A DNA stretch of 64,000 nucleotides from Vicinamibacterales bacterium (GTDB taxonomy: Bacteria; Acidobacteriota; Vicinamibacteria; Vicinamibacterales; UBA2999): the NCBI GenBank assembly GCA_038213735.1, contig JBBQSP010000016.1, forward strand, positions 1,581 to 65,580. Reading direction: 5' to 3'. The position numbers were made by a program, and so were the translations under genes. Each line of letters begins with the position of its first letter. The first letter of the stretch is position 1. Under the pieces are notes generated by a model that made no database searches, was not told the origin of the DNA, and saw nothing but the letters and a program-made list of their open reading frames with translations. Below, in pieces: positions 38,021 through 46,616 of this stretch.

Positions 38021-38518
38021 ATGTCACACGTTCACAAGATCTCGCCCAACCTCTGGTTCGACACACAGGCGGAAGAAGCGGCCGAGTTCTACACCGGCAT
38101 CTTTCCCAACTCGACGGTCACGCGCATTGCGCGTTATCCGGCGGCCGGCGAGGAGATTCACAAGATGACGCCGGGCTCCATCATGACGGTGGACTTCAAC
38201 CTCGACGGCCAGAGCTTCATCGCGCTCAACGCCGGACCGGTGTTCACGTTCAACGAAGCGATCTCCTTGGTCGTTCACTGCGACGACCAGAAGGAGATTG
38301 ACCACTACTGGGAGAAGCTCGGCGAGGGCGGCGACCCGAAGTTCCACCAGTGCGGATGGCTGAAGGACAAGTTCGGCGTGTCGTGGCAGATCGTGCCGAC
38401 CGTGCTGATCACGCTGATGATGGATCCAAACCCGACGAAGGCCGCTGGCGTGTTCGCGGCGATGTTGAAGATGAAGAAGCTGGATATTGCGGCGCTCGAG
38501 CGCGCGGCAGAAGGCTAG
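38021..38518 (+). CDS. VOC-superfamily protein of the PhnB / 3-demethylubiquinone-9 3-methyltransferase-domain type
   Basis: The ATG at 38021 gives MSHVHKISPNLWFDTQAEEAAEFYTGIFPNS..FNLDGQSFIALNAGP..HYWEKL..CGWLKDKFGVSWQIVP. Confidence 0.85.
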   Translation: MSHVHKISPNLWFDTQAEEAAEFYTGIFPNSTVTRIARYPAAGEEIHKMTPGSIMTVDFNLDGQSFIALNAGPVFTFNEAISLVVHCDDQKEIDHYWEKLGEGGDPKFHQCGWLKDKFGVSWQIVPTVLITLMMDPNPTKAAGVFAAMLKMKKLDIAALERAAEG

Positions 38519-38757
38519 CGCGCGGTCACCACGCACGGCTTGCCGGCCAACTCGCGGCATGCGAGGAAGAACCGGTGAGTCGTCGTGACATGCGACAGGC
38601 CGTCGGCCGCGGTGCCCCAGCCCGGCACCTTCGACCACGCCCCCGGTTGGTCTTTCTTGTAGATGCGGAAGAAGGCGGCAATGCGCTCCTGATGGTGCGC
38701 GCCACGGCGACGCGCGGCATCGCCAGGGAAAAGATCCCCGACCCCGTTTACGCGGCT
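38515..38757 (-). pseudogene. possible start-less gene remnant
   Basis: 80 codons are open on the minus strand (frame not listed in the track). The translation is protein-like: ..AHHQERIAAFFRIYKKDQPGAWSKVPGWGTAADGLSHVTTTHRFFLACRELAGKPCVVTAR*. No ATG, GTG or TTG occurs before the GTG at 38628. Confidence 0.25.
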
Positions 38758-39437
38758 TCACCCTGCAGGAGCGCGGTCACCGATCGCCCCAGCGCTTCGC
38801 GCAACTGGGCGTCCGTTTCAAAGGGCGGGCGCACCGCCCTCGCCCTGACCTCGAACGTGACCGGCGCGCCGCCAAAGATGCCGGGCGTCACGACGACTCG
38901 GGGCCCGACTAGCTGCACGGTCCAGTCACGGAAAGGCTGCGCCGACACGCTGCCGGTGCAGAACGCGAGCGAGATCAGATCGCCGAGCCGCAGGAACGCG
39001 TAGTCGGCTTCGAGCTGTTCGGGCGACCCGCCGCTCTCGCGCAGCAACGCGGCCCGGGACTTCTCGAGGCCGGCAAAGAACCCGGCCCATTCGGCATCGC
39101 TGCGGAAGCGGTCGTACGCAAACAGGGCGTGGTTGGCGACCAGAGCCGCCGCCCAGGGGTCGTCCGCCAGCGCCGAGACGGCTCTCGGCCAGACGCCCTG
39201 GCGCACGCTGACTGGCGCGTGGATGAAATCCACGACGTTGCCGGTGCGCATGTCCACCGTGGGTTCGGCGTCGGGATCGCGCCAGCCATCGTCGTGGCCC
39301 CCGATGGCGCGCAGGATCGCGTCGCGCCGCGGATTTTCCACGAGCGACACGCAGTGCTCCATGATCCGGCGCGCGAGCTGGGCGTGGTCCGGCTGCGTGA
39401 TCAGCACGCAACCGGCCTCAGCGGGCCTGACAATCAT
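38748..39437 (-). CDS. hypothetical protein (DUF3891-like, tentative)
   Basis: The ATG at 39437 gives MIVRPAEAGCVLITQPDHAQLARRI..GGHDDGW. The family name is recalled from the pattern and not verified. Confidence 0.65.
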   Translation of the reverse strand: MIVRPAEAGCVLITQPDHAQLARRIMEHCVSLVENPRRDAILRAIGGHDDGWRDPDAEPTVDMRTGNVVDFIHAPVSVRQGVWPRAVSALADDPWAAALVANHALFAYDRFRSDAEWAGFFAGLEKSRAALLRESGGSPEQLEADYAFLRLGDLISLAFCTGSVSAQPFRDWTVQLVGPRVVVTPGIFGGAPVTFEVRARAVRPPFETDAQLREALGRSVTALLQGEAA

Positions 39438-39498
39438 GATCGATTCGAGATTGGCGCAAGATGCCTGAATCTTATAACGCCAGTCGTACAATCATGGG

Positions 39499-39978
39499 AT
39501 GACCGGCCGCGAGTGTTATCACTGCAAGGAGTGGATCGAAACAGGCATGGTCCACGACTGCTGGACGACGACCGAGGCGGCGCTGACGGCGGACTTGTCG
39601 GAAGACCTGCGCGAGGCGTGGGACCGCCTGCGCGAGACCCTGGCCGAGCTGGGCGACCAGCGCATTTACGCCTCTGGCACCTGCATCATGTTCGCGCGCG
39701 AGACCGTCTACTGCTTCGTGCGCCCCAGGCGCAGCTTTCTTGAAGTGTCGGTATTCCTCGCCCGCGCGCTGAAGTCGCCGCACGTCAAGCGGGTCGAGGC
39801 GCGCTCGAAGACCAAGTTCGCCAACATCCTGAAGATCACGCACCGCGACGCCGTGGAACCTCCCCTGACCGACTGGTTGCGCGAAGCCTACGACCTGGAG
39901 GGCGCGACCGCCGTCAAAAAGAAGCAGGCCAAGAAGGCGAAACGCCCCAAGGTCTCGCCGAAGTTCCTGAGCGGCTAA
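39499..39978 (+). CDS. hypothetical protein with a Lys-rich tail (DUF5655-like, tentative)
   Basis: 159 aa with coding-like composition. The N-terminus has a CxxC..HDC cluster and the C-terminus is KKKQAKKAKRPK. The family assignment is uncertain. Confidence 0.6.
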   Translation: MTGRECYHCKEWIETGMVHDCWTTTEAALTADLSEDLREAWDRLRETLAELGDQRIYASGTCIMFARETVYCFVRPRRSFLEVSVFLARALKSPHVKRVEARSKTKFANILKITHRDAVEPPLTDWLREAYDLEGATAVKKKQAKKAKRPKVSPKFLSG

Positions 39979-40106
39979 CCCCGTCCCAACGCGACCGCCC
40001 ACCGCCACCTCGACCGGTCGCTCATGCGGTCGCCCCTGCAGATCGCCTCCCGGTACTCCGCTTGCAAGCATCAGGCTCGACAACGATTCCTGCAACGGAG
40101 CTTTCA

Positions 40107-42182
40107 ATGGCCAAACAGAAGAAGTCGCCGACCAAGCGAACATCAGGCCGCGGCAACGGCGGCGAAACACACCAGGTTCGCGACGGCAAGGCACCGGCGC
40201 TCACCACCAATCAAGGCACGCCGATCGCCGACAACCAGAACTCGCTGCGTGCCGGCGTGCGCGGTCCGACGCTGCTCGAAGACTTCATCTTTAGGGAAAA
40301 GATCACCCACTTTGACCACGAGCGCATTCCCGAGCGCATTGTGCACGCGCGCGGGTCGGGCGCGCACGGTTACTTCCAGCCCTACCGCTCCATGGCCGGG
40401 CTGACCAGCGCCGCGTTTCTGCAGGACCCCAAGAAGCGGACGCCCGTCTTTGCCCGCTTCTCGACCGTGGCCGGTGGCGCCGGCTCAGGCGACACCCCGC
40501 GCGACGTGCGCGGCTTTGCGGTGAAGTTCTATACCGAGGACGGCAACTTCGACCTGGTCGGCAACAACATTCCGGTGTTCTTCATCCAGGACGCGATCAA
40601 GTTTCCCGACCTGGTGCACGCGGTGAAGATGGAGCCCGACCGTGGCTTTCCGCAGGCCGCCTCGGCGCACGACACGTTCTGGGACTTCGTGTCGCTGATG
40701 CCCGAAAGCTTCCACATGATCATGTGGGCCATGTCGGACCGCACCATCCCGGCCTCGCTGCGCATGATGGAAGGCTTCGGCGTGCACACGTTCCGTTTCG
40801 TGACGGCCGCCGGCAAGTCGACCTTCGTCAAGTTCCACTGGCGGCCGACCATCGGCTCGCAGTCGATGGTGTGGAACGAGTCGGTGAAGCGCTACGGCGC
40901 CGACCCCGACTCGCAGCGCCGCGACCTGTTCGAAGCCATTGCCAACGGCGACTTCCCCGAATGGGAACTGTCGGTGCAGGCGTTCGATCAGAAGACGGCC
41001 GACAAGTTTCCGTTCGACATCCTGGACGCGACCAAGCTGATTCCGGAAGAGATGGTGCCGCTGACGCCGGTCGGCAAGATGGTGCTCGACCGCAACCCCG
41101 ACAATTTCTTCGCCGAAACCGAACAGGTGGCCTTCCACCCCGGCCATATCGTCCCCGGCATCGACTTCACCGACGACCCGCTGCTGCAGGGACGCCTGTT
41201 CTCGTACACCGACACGCAGCTGCTGCGGCTGGGCGGCGCGAACTTTCACGAGATCCCGATCAACCGGCCGAAATGCCCCATGCACAACTTCCAGCGGGAT
41301 GGCGTGCGGCGCATGGACGTGAACAAGGGCCAGGTCAACTACGAGCCGAACAGCCTGTCTGGGGAAACCCAGCGGGAAGATCCCGTGCGCGGCTTCCGCT
41401 CGTTCCCGGCGCTCGACCCGGGCGACCGGGTCCGTGAACGCGCCGACACCTTCAGCGATCACTACAGCCAGGCGCGGCTGTTCTGGAAATCGATGAGTGA
41501 CCCCGAACGGCTGCACATCGTGAAGGCGTACGTGTTTGAGCTGAGCAAGGTGGCGACGCTTGCGGTGCGCACCCGCGTGCTTGGCCACCTGGCCAACATC
41601 GACGCGGAGCTGTTGCAGCGGGTCGAGGCCGGGCTGGGTATGGAAGGGCAGGCCGACGCTATTGCCCCGGCGCGCGCGCCGATCAACATGAAGCCGTCAC
41701 CCGCGCTCAGCCTGATCAAGAAGGCGAAACCCACGCTGCAGGGCCGGAAGGTCGGCATGCTGGTGACCGACGGTTCGGATCCCGCACTGGTCGCCGCGCT
41801 CAAGACGGCGCTTTCTGACGAGGGCGCGCGCCTCGAAGTGGTTGCGCCGAAGATTGGCGGCGCCAAGGGCAAGGGCGGCAAGCTGATCCCGGCGCATCAC
41901 AAGATCGACGGCGGTCCGTCGATCCTCTTCGATGCAGTGGTCGTCGCGGCGTCCGAGGAAGGCGCCGCCACGCTGGCCCACGACCCCGCCGCCATCGACT
42001 GGGTGCGCGATGCCTTCGCGCACTTAAAGGTGATCGGCGTCGCCGGTACTGCGACGGCTCTGATCGATGCCGCCGGCATTTCGCCGGACGCGGGCGTGGT
42101 CGCGATCGAAGGCAAGGGCGTCGGCCCGTTCGTGGCACAAGCGAAGAAGGGCCGGATCTGGGAGCGAGAGCCCGCTGAGTGA
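40107..42182 (+). CDS. katE: large-subunit (HPII-type) catalase
   Basis: The ATG at 40107 gives MAKQKK.., followed by [39 protein letters not shown] and [11 protein letters not shown]-terminal DJ-1/flavodoxin-like domain is present ([11 protein letters not shown]). Confidence 0.95.
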   Translation: MAKQKKSPTKRTSGRGNGGETHQVRDGKAPALTTNQGTPIADNQNSLRAGVRGPTLLEDFIFREKITHFDHERIPERIVHARGSGAHGYFQPYRSMAGLTSAAFLQDPKKRTPVFARFSTVAGGAGSGDTPRDVRGFAVKFYTEDGNFDLVGNNIPVFFIQDAIKFPDLVHAVKMEPDRGFPQAASAHDTFWDFVSLMPESFHMIMWAMSDRTIPASLRMMEGFGVHTFRFVTAAGKSTFVKFHWRPTIGSQSMVWNESVKRYGADPDSQRRDLFEAIANGDFPEWELSVQAFDQKTADKFPFDILDATKLIPEEMVPLTPVGKMVLDRNPDNFFAETEQVAFHPGHIVPGIDFTDDPLLQGRLFSYTDTQLLRLGGANFHEIPINRPKCPMHNFQRDGVRRMDVNKGQVNYEPNSLSGETQREDPVRGFRSFPALDPGDRVRERADTFSDHYSQARLFWKSMSDPERLHIVKAYVFELSKVATLAVRTRVLGHLANIDAELLQRVEAGLGMEGQADAIAPARAPINMKPSPALSLIKKAKPTLQGRKVGMLVTDGSDPALVAALKTALSDEGARLEVVAPKIGGAKGKGGKLIPAHHKIDGGPSILFDAVVVAASEEGAATLAHDPAAIDWVRDAFAHLKVIGVAGTATALIDAAGISPDAGVVAIEGKGVGPFVAQAKKGRIWEREPAE

Positions 42183-42196
42183 GCTGATCAGCGCTT

Positions 42197-42832
42197 TCAG
42201 GCCGGCGCGAGCAGCGCGCGCACCGCGTCGATCTCGGCCTCGTTGATGGTGTGACCCATGCCGGGATAGATGCGCTCATCGACCACCGCGCCCATGCGCC
42301 GGAACACCTCCGCCGATTCGCGAACGCGCTCAACCGGAATGTGCGAATCGACATCGCTGCAGCCGAGGAACGCCGGCGTGCCGTCGAACGAGCCGGCGTA
42401 ATCGCGCGGCGTGCCCGGCGGCCCGATCACCCCGCCGCTGAAGGCGGCGATGGCCGCGTAGCGCCTGGCATGTCGGGCCGCGAACTCGAGGGTCAGGCAG
42501 GCGCCCTGCGAAAAGCCCATCAACGCCACCCGATTGGCCGGCAGGCCGTGCTGCGCGAAGTGCTGCACCAGTCCTTCGATCACCAACAGGGCGGAACCAA
42601 GGCCCGGCTCGTTGCGCTCCATGTTCGTGAGGAACGAAAACGGATACCAGGTGTGGTCCGCGGCCTGGGGTGCGACGTAGGCCACGTCTGGCAGCGCGAA
42701 CTCGTGCGCGAGGCCCAGGATGTCTTCGGCCGAGGCGCCCCGGCCGTGAATGAGAATGGCGCCAATCCGCGCCTCCGCGGGGGGCGGGCCAAGGGTCAGG
42801 ACGGGCTGGTTCTGGTGATGATGCGCGCTCAA
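42197..42832 (-). CDS. phospholipase/carboxylesterase-family alpha/beta hydrolase (MhqD-like)
   Basis: Contains [13 protein letters not shown] and the nucleophile elbow GFSQGA. The TTG start overlaps the stop of the upstream dioxygenase gene (TTGA). Confidence 0.8.
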   Translation of the reverse strand: MSAHHHQNQPVLTLGPPPAEARIGAILIHGRGASAEDILGLAHEFALPDVAYVAPQAADHTWYPFSFLTNMERNEPGLGSALLVIEGLVQHFAQHGLPANRVALMGFSQGACLTLEFAARHARRYAAIAAFSGGVIGPPGTPRDYAGSFDGTPAFLGCSDVDSHIPVERVRESAEVFRRMGAVVDERIYPGMGHTINEAEIDAVRALLAPA

Positions 42833-43779
42833 TCAAGGGCCTTCAGGTTGGCGACAATCTGTTGCCGCTGTGATTCGAGGAACGGGGGCAGCACGACTTT
42901 CTCGCCAAGCGTAGCGTGATCTTCGTCCACGCCGAAGCCGGGGCCGTCGGTGGCAATCTCGAACAGCACGCCGTTTGGTTCGCGCACGTACAAGCTGCGG
43001 AACCAGAAGCGATCGACCTTGCCGCTGTTCGGGATGCGAAACTCGTTCAGGCGCTCGGCCCACGCGTCGTAGTTGGCGTCGATGGTTCGGAACGCGACGT
43101 GGTGCACCCCGCCGGCGCCCTGCTGCGCGGCCGGCAGGTCGGGCTGCACCGCCACGTGCAGTTCCGCATGCGGTCCGCCCGCACCCATTTCGAACACGTG
43201 CACGGGCGATGCCGGACTATCCGGATGCGGATACTCGCGCACGGGCCGCATGTTCATCACCCTGGTCAACAGTCCGTCGGTCGGGTACAGCGTCGGCACG
43301 CTCATGACGATCGGACCGAGCCCGCGAATCTGCCGCTCAGCGGGAATGGAACTGCGGTCCCACACCACCGGCGGATCCCCCGCCCCGCCGTCGTCCACCA
43401 GGGCCAGCCGCTGGCCTTCCGGATCCTCGAAGGCCAGCGTCAGCCGCCCGTCGCGCTCGGCGATCGGCCGCTGCTTCACGCCGAGCTCCCTGAAGCGTTC
43501 GGCCCACCACGTGAGCGTGTCGCCGCCCTTCACACGCAAGCAGGTGAGGGTGATGCTGTGGGCGCCGCGCCGCTCGGGTGCCGCCGGCCAGTCGAAGAAG
43601 GTGATGTCGGTGCCCGGGCTACCCTGTCCGTCGGCATAAAACAGGTGATACGCGCTGACGTCGTCCTGGTTCACCGACCGCTTGACCAGTCGCATGCCCA
43701 GGATCTGGGTATAGAAGCGCCGGTTCTCGCGGATGGCTGCGGAAATCGCGGTGAGGTGGTGAATACCTGACAGGTCCAT
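42829..43779 (-). CDS. ring-cleaving dioxygenase, VOC/glyoxalase family (MhqO/MhqA-like)
   Basis: The ATG at 43779 gives [60 protein letters not shown]. This is a duplicated VOC module of about 316 aa. Confidence 0.85.
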   Translation of the reverse strand: MDLSGIHHLTAISAAIRENRRFYTQILGMRLVKRSVNQDDVSAYHLFYADGQGSPGTDITFFDWPAAPERRGAHSITLTCLRVKGGDTLTWWAERFRELGVKQRPIAERDGRLTLAFEDPEGQRLALVDDGGAGDPPVVWDRSSIPAERQIRGLGPIVMSVPTLYPTDGLLTRVMNMRPVREYPHPDSPASPVHVFEMGAGGPHAELHVAVQPDLPAAQQGAGGVHHVAFRTIDANYDAWAERLNEFRIPNSGKVDRFWFRSLYVREPNGVLFEIATDGPGFGVDEDHATLGEKVVLPPFLESQRQQIVANLKALD

Positions 43780-43854
43780 GGGATCGCCCGAACATTGTCG
43801 CATGAGAGGTTTTGCCGGGTTGCTGTCTACCGCACAGAACGCCCATGCGTGGCC

Positions 43855-45354
43855 TCAGCGCTGGCGCGGGCGGCCCGGAATGGGGATGGCGCCGGCGGCT
43901 TTCACCTGGTTCCAGATTCGACGGCCCACCTTGTCGGCCTCCGCGACCAGGCTGTCTTCATCCACGGTCAGGATCTTGCGGCCGCGCATCACGAATCGTC
44001 CGTCGACCATCACCGACTCGATGTCGGCCGGCTGGCCGTTGTGGATCCAGGTCGAGACGATGCGGCCCGAGGGGACGAGGTGGGCGCGCAAGGTGTCGAC
44101 CACGAGGAGATCGGCTTTCTTGCCGACCTCGAGCGAGCCGATCGTCCGCTGCTGATTCACCGCGCGCGCCCCGCCAAGGGTTGCGTCTTCGAGCATGTCT
44201 TCGGGTTGCGGCCTGGTGCCCGGGAACGGATCGCGACGCTCGATGCGTTCGGTCAGCAGGGCGATGCGCATCACTTCGAACAGGTCGTTGGTGTTGTTGT
44301 CGGTGCCGTTGGCGATGGTGCAGCCGGCCGCGCGCAACAGGTGAATAGGCGGGATGACACCGCGGTTAGCGGCCATGCCGGCCTGGTGCGAAATCACGGT
44401 GCCCGACTTGGCGAGCAGGCCGATGTCCGCATCATCCACGTATCGGCAATGCGCCGCGAACAGACGCGGCCCGAGGAAGCCGTGCTGGTTCAGGTACGCC
44501 GGCGGACGCGTACCGTGGTGCTTCAGCATGAAGTCCACTTCGGCCGTGCTTTGCGATAAATGAATGGTGTAGCCGAGGTCGTGTTTCTCGGCGAACGCGC
44601 GCACGGCCTGCAGCAACTCGGGCGATGAGGTCTCGGCGAGCGCGGCCGCGGGGAACACGCTGATGCGGCCCTGGTTGGCGCCGTGCCATTTGCTGAACAG
44701 TTCGTTGACGCGCTGCAGTCCCTCATCACGCAGCCTGGCCGAGAACCTCGGCGTCACGCTCTTGGCGAGGCCCTCGGGGGCCATCGGGCCGGCCACGTTC
44801 TCGCTGTCGCGGACGGCTTCGGCCAGCACCATGCGCAGGCCCGATCCCGACAGCGCCGCGGCATGCCGCGCAATCCCGCTCGACATCTCGACCAGCGTGG
44901 TGGTGCCCGTGCGGATCGCCTCCAGCGCGCCAATCGTCGCCATCAGCGTCGCCTCGTCACCCTGCAGCAAACTGGCGGGTTGCACGGCGAGGCGCGCGGA
45001 GTTGGGGAAGCCGAAGTCTTCGTTGAAGCCGCGGCCGAGTGTTTGAGCCGCGTGCGCGTGGCAGTTGATCAGACCCGGGAAGAGCGCCTTGCCGCGGCCG
45101 TCGTAGACGTCGGCGCGCGGGTGAGCCTTCAGCAGTTGTTCGGTCGGCCCGATCGCGGCAATGCGATCGCCCACCACCGCCAGCGCAACGTCGTCCTGGA
45201 CCTGGTCCACGGTGACGACCGTGGTGTTGGTGAACACGACGGTGGTGCTCGCGGCGGGCTGGGCCTGGGCCGCGTGGGCATCAAGCAGCAGGGCGGCCGC
45301 GCCGACGCCGGCGCCGGCGAGCAACTCGCGGCGGGTGAGGTTGGGTGCTGTCAT
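43855..45354 (-). CDS. amidohydrolase-family metallo-hydrolase, Tat-exported
   Basis: The twin-Arg signal is MTAPNLTRRELLAGAGVGAAALL. LFPGLINCHAHAAQTL is the HxH metal-binding motif. Confidence 0.85.
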   Translation of the reverse strand: MTAPNLTRRELLAGAGVGAAALLLDAHAAQAQPAASTTVVFTNTTVVTVDQVQDDVALAVVGDRIAAIGPTEQLLKAHPRADVYDGRGKALFPGLINCHAHAAQTLGRGFNEDFGFPNSARLAVQPASLLQGDEATLMATIGALEAIRTGTTTLVEMSSGIARHAAALSGSGLRMVLAEAVRDSENVAGPMAPEGLAKSVTPRFSARLRDEGLQRVNELFSKWHGANQGRISVFPAAALAETSSPELLQAVRAFAEKHDLGYTIHLSQSTAEVDFMLKHHGTRPPAYLNQHGFLGPRLFAAHCRYVDDADIGLLAKSGTVISHQAGMAANRGVIPPIHLLRAAGCTIANGTDNNTNDLFEVMRIALLTERIERRDPFPGTRPQPEDMLEDATLGGARAVNQQRTIGSLEVGKKADLLVVDTLRAHLVPSGRIVSTWIHNGQPADIESVMVDGRFVMRGRKILTVDEDSLVAEADKVGRRIWNQVKAAGAIPIPGRPRQR

Positions 45355-45384
45355 GGCGCAAAGTATCGTTGCGCCCTGGTCAAG

Positions 45385-46611
45385 TCAAGAAGCGGAGGGG
45401 GCGGCGAGGCAGGACGACACGGCCGCGTGGACTTCCTCTACCGTGATTGACTGCATGCAGACGTTGTTGCGGCAGGGCGAGAAGCGGTGATTGAACACGC
45501 TGACGCAGGGGCTGCACGCCAGTTCCTTCCAGATCACCACGGTCGCCGACGACAGGGCGCCGAACAGGCGAGGTGTTTCCGGCCCGAACAGGACCACGGT
45601 GGCCAACGGTGTCAGCGACGCGAAGTGGGCGGGACCGCTGTCGTTGGTCACCAGGACGTCGGCAAGCGTGTAGAGCGTCAGCAGTTCCCGCAGCGTGGTC
45701 CGGCCGGCGACCGAGACCGCGCGGCTCGATCCAATTTGCCGGCACAGCAGGTCCGCGGCCGGCTGCTCGGCCGGGGCGCCGGTGACCACGACCAGGGCGG
45801 CGGGATGCTCGGCGATGATGCGCCGGCCGAGCTCCACGAACCGATCGCCCGGCCACTTTCGCAGCGGCAACAGGTCGCTCGCGTTGGGATTGAGCAGCAC
45901 CAGTTGCCGTGGCGGCTCGCCAGGCGCCAGTGTCGCGATCAGCTCGCGCACCCGCACGATCTCTTCCGGCGTCGGCGTGAACGCGGGCCTCGCGCCGGCG
46001 GCGGCGAGTGGCGCCAGAGGCAGGGGCACTTTCAGCAGCGGCACGTCGGCCGGTTCGTACTGCGATGCCTCGACCAGCAGCGCGTACTGCGTGGAGACGT
46101 GAATGTAGGGGCTGTACTGGACGCGGTGGGTCATCAGGTCGCCGCGATACGGCAACTCGCTCGTGAACCGGTGAAGGCCGACGCGGGTGGCGGCGCCGGT
46201 AAGGTAGGCGAAGATCGCCGACGCTCGCGAAAAGAACTCCATGTCGATGGTCGTGTCGATGCCGGCGGCCCGCACGGTTCGCAGCGCAGTCACGAAATCC
46301 GCCAGGCAGGTCACCAGGCTGCGGTCCCGGATCATGATGATGTTGGATCGCGGGATAGTGTCGAGCAGATCGAGAATGGCGCGGTTGTTCTCGAAGACGC
46401 AGAAGTAGAGGTGGTCGCGGCCGACGAGCGCGGTGGCGCGGGCAATCGCGTCCTGCGCCAGCACCGTCGCCCCCTGCTCGATGAACTTGAGAAACAGGAC
46501 CTTGCGGACCGGCGCGCGCCGCGCCGGCAGCAACCGGCGGCAGAGCGTGAGCAGCGCGCACAGCGGCACGCCGATCCAGTAGTCGATGAGGCGAATCGTC
46601 TGCGGGCGCAT
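45385..46611 (-). CDS. glycosyltransferase family 9 (heptosyltransferase-like)
   Basis: Contains LVTNDSGPAHFASL and the C-terminal ACSPCVSVFNHRFSPCRNNVCMQSI. The other long same-strand and antisense ORFs here are shadows. Confidence 0.85.
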   Translation of the reverse strand: MRPQTIRLIDYWIGVPLCALLTLCRRLLPARRAPVRKVLFLKFIEQGATVLAQDAIARATALVGRDHLYFCVFENNRAILDLLDTIPRSNIIMIRDRSLVTCLADFVTALRTVRAAGIDTTIDMEFFSRASAIFAYLTGAATRVGLHRFTSELPYRGDLMTHRVQYSPYIHVSTQYALLVEASQYEPADVPLLKVPLPLAPLAAAGARPAFTPTPEEIVRVRELIATLAPGEPPRQLVLLNPNASDLLPLRKWPGDRFVELGRRIIAEHPAALVVVTGAPAEQPAADLLCRQIGSSRAVSVAGRTTLRELLTLYTLADVLVTNDSGPAHFASLTPLATVVLFGPETPRLFGALSSATVVIWKELACSPCVSVFNHRFSPCRNNVCMQSITVEEVHAAVSSCLAAPSAS

Positions 46612-46616
46612 GACGG

